A stretch of 52,785 nt of DNA from a virus (IMGVR_UViG_3300046006_001177:1-52785); one strand, 5' to 3'; counted from the first letter of the stretch, positions 17,689-25,492 are shown. The notes: generated from the letters alone by a model not told the origin. Numbers and translations: made by a program.

Positions 17689-17985
17689 ATGAAAATTACT
17701 GACATTACCCGCGCTTACCACCGCAATGGCGTATGCGGAGAGCCTTTCCAAGTTGCAACCTTCACCATGCAAGAAAACACCGACCCGCCCCGCAGAATGG
17801 TCGCCGTTCGATTCGCCGATGACGATTCAGGCGAGTGGAGTAATCCACGCATCGCCGTTTTCGACTTGGCCTTACTCGCGCAAGGTGAAATTGAGTTCAC
17901 CGTTAATAGCTGGAGAGGCGACCGCTTCGCCGACCATCTCGACCCGCATTTTTTCCCAAAGGCCGACCATGCAAACCTTGCTTGA
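17689..17985 (+). CDS. early hypothetical protein (98 aa)
   Basis: AAGGA RBS; YHRNGVCGEPF...NSWRGD.F motifs. Confidence 0.7.
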   Translation: MKITDITRAYHRNGVCGEPFQVATFTMQENTDPPRRMVAVRFADDDSGEWSNPRIAVFDLALLAQGEIEFTVNSWRGDRFADHLDPHFFPKADHANLA

Positions 17986-18052
17986 GATGCTAGCCGGTGC
18001 GATTGGCGCGCTGTTTCTTTGGTTTTTCTTTTTTGTGCTTTTTCTTTTCTGA
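17969..18052 (+). CDS. 27-aa hydrophobic membrane peptide
   Basis: MQTLLEMLAGAIGALFLWFFFFVLFLF, after the same AAAGGCCGACCATGCAAA leader as 17207. Confidence 0.55.
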   Translation: MQTLLEMLAGAIGALFLWFFFFVLFLF

Positions 18053-18064
18053 TCGGAACCGACC

Positions 18065-18331
18065 ATGCTAATTAACTATCACGCGAAAAACGACCGTCAA
18101 GGCTGGCACCTAGTCTGCAGCTTTCCGATTGATTCCGATCAATGGGGCAAAACCGACCGCTCATTTATTGACGAGATGCTGAAAAACGGCCACCAAGTAA
18201 TCACCTGTGGCTGGAATATGTGGGAAATCGCACCCGACCATTTACAGCAGCAGGAACCGCAGCAGACCCGACCATTAGCACCCGCAGCCGCCCGCCCGAT
18301 TAACTTCGGGCAGCAACCACTCGACCTATAA
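18065..18331 (+). CDS. early hypothetical protein (88 aa)
   Basis: GGAACCGACC-ATG leader. Confidence 0.65.
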   Translation: MLINYHAKNDRQGWHLVCSFPIDSDQWGKTDRSFIDEMLKNGHQVITCGWNMWEIAPDHLQQQEPQQTRPLAPAAARPINFGQQPLDL

Positions 18332-18342
18332 GGAAACCGACC

Positions 18343-18789
18343 ATGCAAACCGAAAAAGATCAAATACTCGCCGCCCTCACACGCTGGATTCATAAACGGC
18401 CAAAGCTTGAATATTGCAATTATGGCGACCCGACCGCTTACCGCAGCGAAGCCCGCAGCATTACACGCGACCTACACCATGCCCGCGAAATGCTCCGAGC
18501 CGTTAGCTGGCGCGACAATATCACCGCCGACGATTTACTAGCCGCCGCCCGCGCAAATTACGCTGGCCGACTGTCGCTAGTCAAAACCGACTCAGGTTAC
18601 ACCGTTGACTATTGCACCGGCCAATACTGGCCGACCGAGTATCGCCGCGCGGTTTGCGCCGTTCTAGCTTCTGCGCTTTGGGATAGGTTCCGCGCAGACT
18701 TGCCCGCAGACCGCAAGACAGGCGACGAAATCAGACGCAACGCCCGCCGCCAATTATCGCGCTCAGTAGCAAAACGCTGGTTCAACTAA
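18343..18789 (+). CDS. early hypothetical protein (148 aa)
   Basis: AGGAAACCGACC-ATG leader; NYGD..AYRSE.R.IT...Y.TGQYWPTEYR.A motifs. Confidence 0.75.
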   Translation: MQTEKDQILAALTRWIHKRPKLEYCNYGDPTAYRSEARSITRDLHHAREMLRAVSWRDNITADDLLAAARANYAGRLSLVKTDSGYTVDYCTGQYWPTEYRRAVCAVLASALWDRFRADLPADRKTGDEIRRNARRQLSRSVAKRWFN

Positions 18790-18802
18790 TGAGGTTATCA
18801 AA

Positions 18803-19000
18803 ATGAAAATTACTATCCGCTGCGACAAAAATTATGGCGTTGAAACCTTTTACCCCGCCTGTGAGCGCGCGCAATTGTTCGCGCGTATTGCCGGAACTAA
18901 GACGCTAACCCGCCACGCCCTGCGCGATATCGCCGCGCTCGGCATTGAGATTGAGATTGAACAGACCACGCCGCGCACTTTCGCCGCGTTGACCGCTTAG
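18803..19000 (+). CDS. early hypothetical protein (65 aa)
   Basis: GAGG RBS; YG....YP.C..A..FA.IAGTKTLT......I..LG motif. Confidence 0.7.
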   Translation: MKITIRCDKNYGVETFYPACERAQLFARIAGTKTLTRHALRDIAALGIEIEIEQTTPRTFAALTA

Positions 19001-19012
19001 GAGATCAGACCC

Positions 19013-19195
19013 ATGACCGCCGACTGCCAGGAGCATATTGCCGCCGTTATGTCAGCAGAATTATTCATATTCTGCAAAGCGAACGACCTGCCATTTGAGA
19101 GTGCCGATGAGCTTGCCTTGCGCGAGAACTTGACCGACTTTCAATTTGGCTGGCTTGTTTCCTACTGCAAGATATGGGAAGCCCTTTTCAAATAA
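19013..19195 (+). CDS. early hypothetical protein (60 aa)
   Basis: AGGAGATCAGACCC-ATG leader. Confidence 0.65.
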   Translation: MTADCQEHIAAVMSAELFIFCKANDLPFESADELALRENLTDFQFGWLVSYCKIWEALFK

Positions 19196-19210
19196 CAGGA
19201 GATCAGACCC

Positions 19211-19453
19211 ATGAACACACTACGCGAAACCGCAGAAACATTCGCCTTGAATCAATGGCTTTCCGACTATCCCTGCGACATGGCATATGACGACATCCTC
19301 GACCTGCTGCGCTCGGCCAAGCATGAGGAATCAGACGACATCACCCTGTGGTGGATAGTTGAAAACAACACCGGCCGCGCTGTCGCACAGATGATCGACG
19401 ACACCCGTGCCGCTTTCGAACGCCACGCCGCCGACTTACTTGCCACCGCTTAA
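19211..19453 (+). CDS. early hypothetical protein (80 aa)
   Basis: AGGAGATCAGACCC-ATG leader. Confidence 0.65.
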   Translation: MNTLRETAETFALNQWLSDYPCDMAYDDILDLLRSAKHEESDDITLWWIVENNTGRAVAQMIDDTRAAFERHAADLLATA

Positions 19454-19467
19454 CAGGAGATCAGACG

Positions 19468-19656
19468 ATGCTACACATAAACAAATCTGAGGAGCTGTGC
19501 GCTTTGGCCGCTTACCTTGCTGACTACCTGACGGAAGAATTAAACCGATCAGGCATAGGTCATGGCATCAGTATGTTTGATATTCAAGACGCGCTGAATG
19601 CCTACATCGGCGGCGCAGCAGACCATCAGACGGTGCTATCCTCCGCCCATGACTAA
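19468..19656 (+). CDS. early hypothetical protein (62 aa)
   Basis: AGGAGATCAGACG-ATG leader. Confidence 0.6.
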   Translation: MLHINKSEELCALAAYLADYLTEELNRSGIGHGISMFDIQDALNAYIGGAADHQTVLSSAHD

Positions 19657-19849
19657 CCGCAAGATGTTCACCCTGTACCTGATCGAGAATGATGACGGTC
19701 AGGTCAGGGTGATTTCCGACTACACCGGCAAGGGTGACCGGTGTCTGGCTCTGGGCGTGGAGATCATCGAGTCGTTGGCAACTATCCAACCCTTCACGCA
19801 TGGCGATTTAACGCTAGCCATGCCCCAGCACACCGATGCCGAGCATTGA
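19649..19849 (+). CDS. hypothetical protein (66 aa)
   Basis: Start moved to ATG 19649; converges on the primase end. Confidence 0.55.
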   Translation: MTNRKMFTLYLIENDDGQVRVISDYTGKGDRCLALGVEIIESLATIQPFTHGDLTLAMPQHTDAEH

Positions 19850-20659
19850 TTGGGTCAGGCTTTGCGAGAACCCAAACAAACCGATCCGACGGTGGTAGTC
19901 GTTGGCATCCTCTCCCATGAGATCAGACATCCAAACCGGCCAGCCAATCTCTGCGGCCGCCGCCTGTCCTGTACCGCTTTCGTCATGGTCTGCGATGACT
20001 AACCCAGGCTCCAGACCTGCCGCCACTTTCACCATGTTCGCCGCCGAGAAACAAACGTGAATCGTGTACCTGCGCTTCAGTTGTTTCATGGCCGCACGAA
20101 CAGACAGCGCGGTGGCATATCCCTCGCAAACAATATTCAGACCCTTGTTATCAAAGGTAAAGGTCGCGCCGCTGGTACGTTGGCCGTACAAAAACTTCTT
20201 GGTTCCATCCGGCCATATCTGCTGCACTCCGACGAGCGATTTGCCTGTCCGCATTGGGATCAGAAGAACGGGTTTGTTCTCGATGTTCAGCACGCTACCC
20301 TGCTCATCAGGAAAACCCTTCGCCTTCAGGTATTCGTGGGAACTGTAGCCGCTGTCGTTCAACATCCTGACTGCCTTGCTCACCGCCTCGCTTGCCAGCT
20401 TCGTGCGCTCGCGCTCGGCCTTCGCTTGGCCGATGATGATCGCTCTCATATCCACAGGTTGATTGACTGAGTCAGGCTTCCACAAACTGACGACGGTACT
20501 GGTCGCATGGTTCTGCACGAATCCATGAGTGCCGAGATACTTGACCGCGCCATTCTTTTTCCTCGGATGATCCTCAGTCGGGTAACGTTTCCATTGGCCG
20601 ATGGGTGGCAGGTCGTTGATGATGATCCCATGACTGCGGGCGAAGTCGATGAAGTCCAT
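19814..20659 (-). CDS. Toprim-domain DNA primase (TraC-like)
   Basis: Start moved to ATG 20659 (TAATG coupling). H.YL..KG, Q.I..DG.KKFL.G, VCEGYATALS and IADHD.SG.G motifs. Confidence 0.85.
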   Translation of the reverse strand: MDFIDFARSHGIIINDLPPIGQWKRYPTEDHPRKKNGAVKYLGTHGFVQNHATSTVVSLWKPDSVNQPVDMRAIIIGQAKAERERTKLASEAVSKAVRMLNDSGYSSHEYLKAKGFPDEQGSVLNIENKPVLLIPMRTGKSLVGVQQIWPDGTKKFLYGQRTSGATFTFDNKGLNIVCEGYATALSVRAAMKQLKRRYTIHVCFSAANMVKVAAGLEPGLVIADHDESGTGQAAAAEIGWPVWMSDLMGEDANDYHRRIGLFGFSQSLTQSMLGIGVLGHG

Positions 20660-22134
20660 TAGTATCCCCTTGTCTGTTTGCGGAACTCGCGCAGTTTCTT
20701 GTCGATGAATTTCATGGTCTTTTGTGACGGTGCTTCCGGCCTGTTGTCTGCCAGGTTGCGCGGCCACACGCCGAACATATCCTTGTAGGTATGAGCTGCT
20801 CTACCCTTGCTCCAGTTCTGATAACGCATGAGCCAAACCATCTGATTCCAGAAATCCTGCTTGCTCTCGCGCGTCGCAGTACCCGTCAGCTCCACCATCT
20901 CACCCTGCACGGCAATGACTTGGTTCTTCTTCTCCTTCACATGGCCGCAGTTGTAGCAGGTATCAGACCCACGAGGCCACAGCGCATGGCACTTCGGACA
21001 CTTGCTATCCTCTTTGACCTTATCAGACGGTTCCTTCTTCGCCTTCTCTTTGCCCTCATCAAGCTCATCTACGCCCTGCTCGAAGACTTCTTCCCAGTCC
21101 TCACGAAACCGCAGGTAGTTACCCGAGTGATCCAGCCAGACAGCAAACTCTTTGCCCTCGCAGCCGCGCATCACTCTGCCCATCTGTTGAATGTGTGATG
21201 ACAGACTCTTCGAGAATGGCCGAGCCGAGATGCCGATAGCAACGTCAGGCACATCAAATCCCTTGGTCAATATGTCCGTTGCGATCAGACCTTGGATCTT
21301 GGTATCGGGTTTTGAGAAGTCCTCGATGACCTGCTTCTTCCAGTCCTCGTCATCCTTGTAGCTGATGCAGATGAAGTTGTATCCCTCTGTCTGAAACTTC
21401 CTTGCCAGATGAACGCCATGATCTACACCCGATGCGAACACGATGGTCTTCATCGGCTTGCGAAATATCTCAAGCGTCTTCTCGATCCACTCTGACACAA
21501 TGTCGCCGGTGATCTTCATGCCGCGAGTGCTAGCTTCCTGCTGCGACCATTCGCCTGCAACTTTCTTCGCGCCGGTCATGTCAATTTCTTTGGCGACAAA
21601 CACCCTCAACGGTACAAGAATCTTTTGCTCGACAAGTTGCTTTGTCGTGACGGTGCTGACCACGTTGTCATACACCTTGCCCAACCCCTTCGTGAAAGGT
21701 GTCGCAGTCAGCCCGATCACACGAACGTTGGGATTATTTTTGATGAACTCCATCGTCTGTTCGCGCGTCTGGTGCGCTTCATCCACGATCAAAAGGTTCA
21801 ATCCTGGAAATGTGCCGCGCTTCTCCAGCGTCTGCGCTGAACAAACCTGAATCGGTTCATATGGGCGATACCGCCAATGACCCGCCTGCATCACGCCGTG
21901 GTCGATCTTGTATTTCTCTAGTCGCTTGGAGGTTTGATCGCACAGAACAATACGATCCAACAGCATGGCCGCTTTGTTACCTTTGGCCTTGGTCGCGCGC
22001 ATCAGCTCGATTGCCATCTCAGTTTTCCCTGCGCCCGTCGGAGCGTAGAGAATCTGTGCGCGTTTGCCCCTTGCAAATCCTTCACGCAGGGCGATCAAAG
22101 TCTGCTCTTGATAAGAGCGAAGATTGAGTGACAT
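20659..22134 (-). CDS. superfamily 2 DEAH helicase with C-terminal zinc finger
   Basis: LRSYQ, APTGAGKT, IVDEAH, GLTATP, LTKGFDVP, QQMGRVMR, CPKC..CYNC; start moved to ATG 22134. Confidence 0.92.
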   Translation of the reverse strand: MSLNLRSYQEQTLIALREGFARGKRAQILYAPTGAGKTEMAIELMRATKAKGNKAAMLLDRIVLCDQTSKRLEKYKIDHGVMQAGHWRYRPYEPIQVCSAQTLEKRGTFPGLNLLIVDEAHQTREQTMEFIKNNPNVRVIGLTATPFTKGLGKVYDNVVSTVTTKQLVEQKILVPLRVFVAKEIDMTGAKKVAGEWSQQEASTRGMKITGDIVSEWIEKTLEIFRKPMKTIVFASGVDHGVHLARKFQTEGYNFICISYKDDEDWKKQVIEDFSKPDTKIQGLIATDILTKGFDVPDVAIGISARPFSKSLSSHIQQMGRVMRGCEGKEFAVWLDHSGNYLRFREDWEEVFEQGVDELDEGKEKAKKEPSDKVKEDSKCPKCHALWPRGSDTCYNCGHVKEKKNQVIAVQGEMVELTGTATRESKQDFWNQMVWLMRYQNWSKGRAAHTYKDMFGVWPRNLADNRPEAPSQKTMKFIDKKLREFRKQTRGY

Positions 22135-22176
22135 ACATCCCCTTTTCTCTGCCAGCACTTACCCGCTGGCTTGGGC

Positions 22177-22974
22177 TTACTGCTCTAGCTTCTTCAGTTT
22201 CTTTTGCATGATCTGCACTTGCTTCATCAGCTGTGCATTCTCCGCTTGGAACTGATCGCGGCTACTCTTCACTGCTTTTAATTCTATCTCCAGAATCCTG
22301 ATCTGAGCGCGTAAATCTGCAATGATCGACTGCGCTTTCTCTTTCTCTATGTCATCACCACCAGCCATCGAAGCTGTTAGCTTGTCCTGCAACTGTTCGT
22401 TCTCTTCCCGCAGCTGATCCATCGCAGCGATCATCGTCTCGCGCTCGACTTCTTTCTCGCTGAACTCAGCCACAGGATCTGGTTCTTTCGGTGGCTTGGG
22501 CTGGCGCGGTTCTTGCGTACTGGTAACGTTACCGCCCTTCTTCTCTGCTAACTCCTTGCGTAGTTTGCCGATGAAGACATGGCTCACGCCGAGCAACTCT
22601 GAAATCTTGCGGTCAGACATTTCCTGCCACTCGATATCGCCCAGGATTTTGTGTGCGTTCCTACGCTTGTCAGCGTTGCTCTGTGGCAGGCCGTGTAAGT
22701 TATTCGCACCCATGCCGAACAGCATGGCGTCACGCAGACCGCCCTCCCGCACGTCGCACTCGATGTTTGGTGCTTTGATCCGACGGCGAGCAAAGAAACG
22801 GTGGAAGCCATCTGCTAGCCAGTAGAAACCATCGCCGCGAGGAAACACGGTTGCAGGTGGGAACACCTCTCCGTCTTGCATACGGTCGGCATACCGCGCC
22901 ACCACTTCTTCGTCGATCTTCTCGCGGGACTGCGTACCTGCGTCGATTATTATTTTGTCTAGAGAAATTATCAT
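22177..22974 (-). CDS. ParB/Srx-like domain + HTH + coiled-coil protein (265 aa)
   Basis: TQSR......V..YA..M..G..FPP..VF, LADGFHR, N..HGL, MSDRKI..LLGVSH.FI motifs. Confidence 0.85.
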   Translation of the reverse strand: MIISLDKIIIDAGTQSREKIDEEVVARYADRMQDGEVFPPATVFPRGDGFYWLADGFHRFFARRRIKAPNIECDVREGGLRDAMLFGMGANNLHGLPQSNADKRRNAHKILGDIEWQEMSDRKISELLGVSHVFIGKLRKELAEKKGGNVTSTQEPRQPKPPKEPDPVAEFSEKEVERETMIAAMDQLREENEQLQDKLTASMAGGDDIEKEKAQSIIADLRAQIRILEIELKAVKSSRDQFQAENAQLMKQVQIMQKKLKKLEQ

Positions 22975-23090
22975 TCGTCGTCACCTATAAGTTTGCAAAC
23001 TGCAATCACCACGATCGCGAGCGTGATACCTGCTCCGATCAACGCGCCCGCAACGAACGGGATGTGCATCACCAAGTCGAGCCAGCTCAT
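22971..23090 (-). CDS. 39-aa single-TM peptide
   Basis: Hand translation MSWLDLVMHIPFVAGALIGAGITLAIVVIAVCKLIGDDE; ATGA overlaps at both ends; GGAGG RBS. Confidence 0.65.
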   Translation of the reverse strand: MSWLDLVMHIPFVAGALIGAGITLAIVVIAVCKLIGDDE

Positions 23091-24199
23091 ATCAGCATGT
23101 ACCTCCACACTGGGTTAGACCGACTGATGTTCTCGGTGTCGATCCGGCACCAGTTGGCAGCGTTCACCAAGTTGGCCGACGGACAAGAGAAGTTGTACTT
23201 CGCCTCGGTCATGGCGATGAAGTGGTCAAGAATCGGGATGCACGATACCTTTCTGTTGGGCAGGTGATGATACCCGCCTGGCAGCTGATCGCTACGGTCA
23301 ACCACGTTTGTGCAAGATTTAATTGTCGTGGCCAGCGTTGGATCATCCGACAACAGGTGCCGCTCCCGCACGAACCGGCTCATCCAATCCAGATCGTTCA
23401 GGATAGTCCGCAGCGGCGGCAGGATCGTCTCTGTGCGTAGCTTGTCACCACCCCGCAGGAACATGGTGCCAACGTCATCAGGGTACTCAGAACCGGCGTA
23501 GGTATTGATGGCGTAGGCTACCTCCCGATACCAGCCCTCTTTGAGATCGGCGTACTCCGCAGCCATCTCGTCCGGCAGGTTCAGCATACGCTCCCGCATA
23601 TCTTCGAACACGACCATCGGCAGATCACCCTTGGTGAACTCGAAGACATCGGCAAAGATCTCCTCGAAGGGTTCGTCGTAACTCCACCAGTTGCCAGACA
23701 GATCCACCCGCAGCTGGAAGCCTCTCAGCTCTGCGTCGATAGCAGCAGCAATGATGTTCTCAATGATGGAGAAGAGGCCAGAATTGCGTGGCCGGTAGCT
23801 AACATGGCCATGGAAAGCCCTGCCTCCGGGCGTGATTGTCTGGCGGGCAAAGCCTTGGTACAGGTAGTACTGATCCTCGTCGATGTTGTACCGACGCGCA
23901 GCCCGCTCGAATCCCAGACAGCCGACGATCTCCTGCTTCAGCAGGAAGTTTCTCGGTAGCTGGTCTGGCAGGTAGGGGTCAATCTCCTCCCATTCAAAGC
24001 CGCCCCAGTACGCCATACGCGCGAGGATGGCAGCCATGCGGTCGGTCTGCCGGTAGTTCTTGGCCATCTCCAGCGTCTTGTCGATGCCAGCATAGAGCTG
24101 TGCAAACTGCTGCTTGCACATCAGATCCACCAGCTCATGAATGTCCTCGACGAAGCCGACCGGCTCGCCAGGTATTCGGTATCTGTGAAATTGAATCAT
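23087..24199 (-). CDS. putative GDP-fucose-dependent fucosyltransferase (GT23/GT11/NodZ-like GT-B fold, 370 aa)
   Basis: SGLFS, FLRGGDK..E (compare FUT8 HVRRTDK..E), LLSDDP (compare LATDDP) and F..M.EAKYNFSCPSAN (motif III-like) in the expected order. Confidence 0.6.
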   Translation of the reverse strand: MIQFHRYRIPGEPVGFVEDIHELVDLMCKQQFAQLYAGIDKTLEMAKNYRQTDRMAAILARMAYWGGFEWEEIDPYLPDQLPRNFLLKQEIVGCLGFERAARRYNIDEDQYYLYQGFARQTITPGGRAFHGHVSYRPRNSGLFSIIENIIAAAIDAELRGFQLRVDLSGNWWSYDEPFEEIFADVFEFTKGDLPMVVFEDMRERMLNLPDEMAAEYADLKEGWYREVAYAINTYAGSEYPDDVGTMFLRGGDKLRTETILPPLRTILNDLDWMSRFVRERHLLSDDPTLATTIKSCTNVVDRSDQLPGGYHHLPNRKVSCIPILDHFIAMTEAKYNFSCPSANLVNAANWCRIDTENISRSNPVWRYMLI

Positions 24200-24432
24200 C
24201 GTCCTATTATCCTTTCCGCTATCTCGTCCGGCCGCAGCTCACGGCAGGTGTGGCAGATCATTGCCGCCCGCTCCCGCTCTTGCTCCACAGTCAGTGTGTA
24301 GAACTGCATCAGACAGGCGAGATCGCCGTCCATGCCCTCATCTGTGTGAACGAACTGCTTGCCCGTCCACTCATGCTTCACCCACGGCAGGATGCCCGCA
24401 AGCTCCGCCAGTCTCAAGACTTCTTCCCGCAT
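24196..24432 (-). CDS. hypothetical protein, ERERxA family (78 aa)
   Basis: Start moved to ATG 24432 (GGGAGG RBS); MREEVLRLA..AG...EQERERAAMIC...IAERI. Confidence 0.7.
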   Translation of the reverse strand: MREEVLRLAELAGILPWVKHEWTGKQFVHTDEGMDGDLACLMQFYTLTVEQERERAAMICHTCRELRPDEIAERIIGR

Positions 24433-24475
24433 CACGACCTCCCTATATCTAGTAATCCACTGTGCTACTACATCT

Positions 24476-24504
24476 AGGATAGTACAACACATGATTCCTG
24501 TCAA
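24476..24504 (-). promoter_or_regulatory. sigma70 promoter for replication operon
   Basis: TTGACA-17 bp-TATCCT on minus strand. Confidence 0.7.
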
Positions 24505-24539
24505 CACCCGTCTATTGTGAGTTCCGCGTTTAGGTTCCC

Positions 24540-24810
24540 CATGGGTGATAGCCCCTACCCTGCGCAGCACTGTTGGGGGGTATCACTCCTGCCCAGATAC
24601 AGCTATGGCTGATCCTAGCAATCCCAGAAGGCCGCGATTATCTCGATGGGGAAGATGTCTCACCACTGGCTTCCCCCTCTTGTGCCATCCCTCACGGACA
24701 GGTGGCGTGGCTCGCAGGCGGGTGAGACCTCGGCCAGTGTATTCTCGACGGCAGCCCATGCAGGCTCACTACTATCGCGGTCGGCGCGCCCGGCTACCTG
24801 CCGGGACAGG
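24540..24810. ncRNA. candidate structured non-coding element (pseudoknotted), unassigned
   Basis: Intergenic, with at least eight complementary segment pairs, three of them crossing; no credible ORF. Confidence 0.45.
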
Positions 24811-24814
24811 TAAC

Positions 24815-25084
24815 TTACTTCGTTGGCTCGTCAACAATCTTCCCACGCTCAATACCCACGCGGTGCTTGATTTCAACGGCGTAATACGTGTAATCCACAT
24901 GACCGCGACCAGCCATGTCGGCTGCAAACTTGCGACAGCACTCTATAGCTGAGTCAAGTGAATCGTGGAGGTATTTGAAATTGGCGCGAGTGCCAGATGG
25001 ACACCGCAAAAATACGGCGTACTGCGGAGATGCAGCTTCATGCAATTGCTGCACAGATTGTCTTCTTGTTGGCTCGCCGTTCAT
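24815..25084 (-). CDS. hypothetical protein (89 aa)
   Basis: AAGGA/GGGA upstream; downstream of structured leader. Confidence 0.6.
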   Translation of the reverse strand: MNGEPTRRQSVQQLHEAASPQYAVFLRCPSGTRANFKYLHDSLDSAIECCRKFAADMAGRGHVDYTYYAVEIKHRVGIERGKIVDEPTK

Positions 25085-25120
25085 GTTCCCATCCTTTATC
25101 TGATGGTCGCGGCTGCCAAT

Positions 25121-25268
25121 AAAAAAGCCCAGTTAAGAAGGCTTTAGGCTTGGTTTGCCGCATATAGAGGGTGCAACACCACCATCTCTACAGCTTTGAC
25201 GAAGCCGCCTTAACTGGGCGCTCTTTCGCTGTGTTGCGCTACTGTTCGGCACCACCCGGAAACAGATA
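25121..25268 (-). ncRNA. structured leader/attenuator RNA ending in U-tract (c4/CI-RNA-like architecture)
   Basis: 11-bp stem GCCCAGTTAAG 25127-37 / 25209-19, then T6 on minus strand; inner and 5' hairpins. Confidence 0.5.
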
Positions 25269-25273
25269 GCTCG

Positions 25274-25302
25274 ACTGTACTTTATTTCAATCTATTTTGC
25301 AA
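25274..25302 (-). promoter_or_regulatory. sigma70-like promoter
   Basis: TTGCAA-17 bp-TACAGT on minus strand, just upstream of the structured leader. Confidence 0.6.
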
Positions 25303-25319
25303 GGCAGTCGGCGCGGACG

Positions 25320-25394
25320 AAAAAAACCCCCAGCAAGGGGAGTGGCTGGGGGAAATTGCCGCTGCGAAGAAGCCGCGAAGGGAGTATCGCGGAC
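25320..25394 (-). ncRNA. candidate ~75-nt sRNA with two ACUCCC loops and intrinsic terminator
   Basis: Hairpins CCGCGA-TACTCCCT-TCGCGG and CCCCCAGC-CACTCCCCTT-GCTGGGGG-T7; own promoter upstream. Confidence 0.55.
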
Positions 25395-25400
25395 GGACAA

Positions 25401-25429
25401 ACAATATCACCATCGGCCTAATCTGGCAA
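25401..25429 (-). promoter_or_regulatory. sigma70-like promoter for candidate sRNA
   Basis: TTGCCA-17 bp-TATTGT with TGn extension. Confidence 0.6.
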
Positions 25430-25430
25430 C

Positions 25431-25447
25431 GTGGTAACCGTTACCAC
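25431..25447. promoter_or_regulatory. palindrome GTGGTAAC-C-GTTACCAC, candidate operator/parS
   Basis: Perfect 8-bp arms between divergent promoters; matches 15974-15990. Confidence 0.55.
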
Positions 25448-25492
25448 CCTTTGCCTACATGGCAACACATTGTTCTGGTATGAATAAACCTG

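Larger units (their letters stand above)
17188..19470 (+). repeat. dispersed gene-junction repeats (ACCGCY-stop / GG..CCGACCATG / AGGAGATCAGAC)
   Basis: AAAGGCCGACCATGCAAA at 17196 and 17958; AACCGACCATGC before 18065 and 18343; AGGAGATCAGAC before 19013, 19211 and 19468. Confidence 0.8.

Noticed and set aside
17188-19470. Junction repeats as a CRISPR array or integron attC sites
   Set aside because: Spacing is gene-sized and irregular, the repeats are short non-palindromic RBS/start sequences, and no integrase is present.
24545-24952. 135-aa plus-strand ORF over the structured region
   Set aside because: Arg/Pro-rich with no RBS, opposite to local transcription, and overlapping the 24815 gene.
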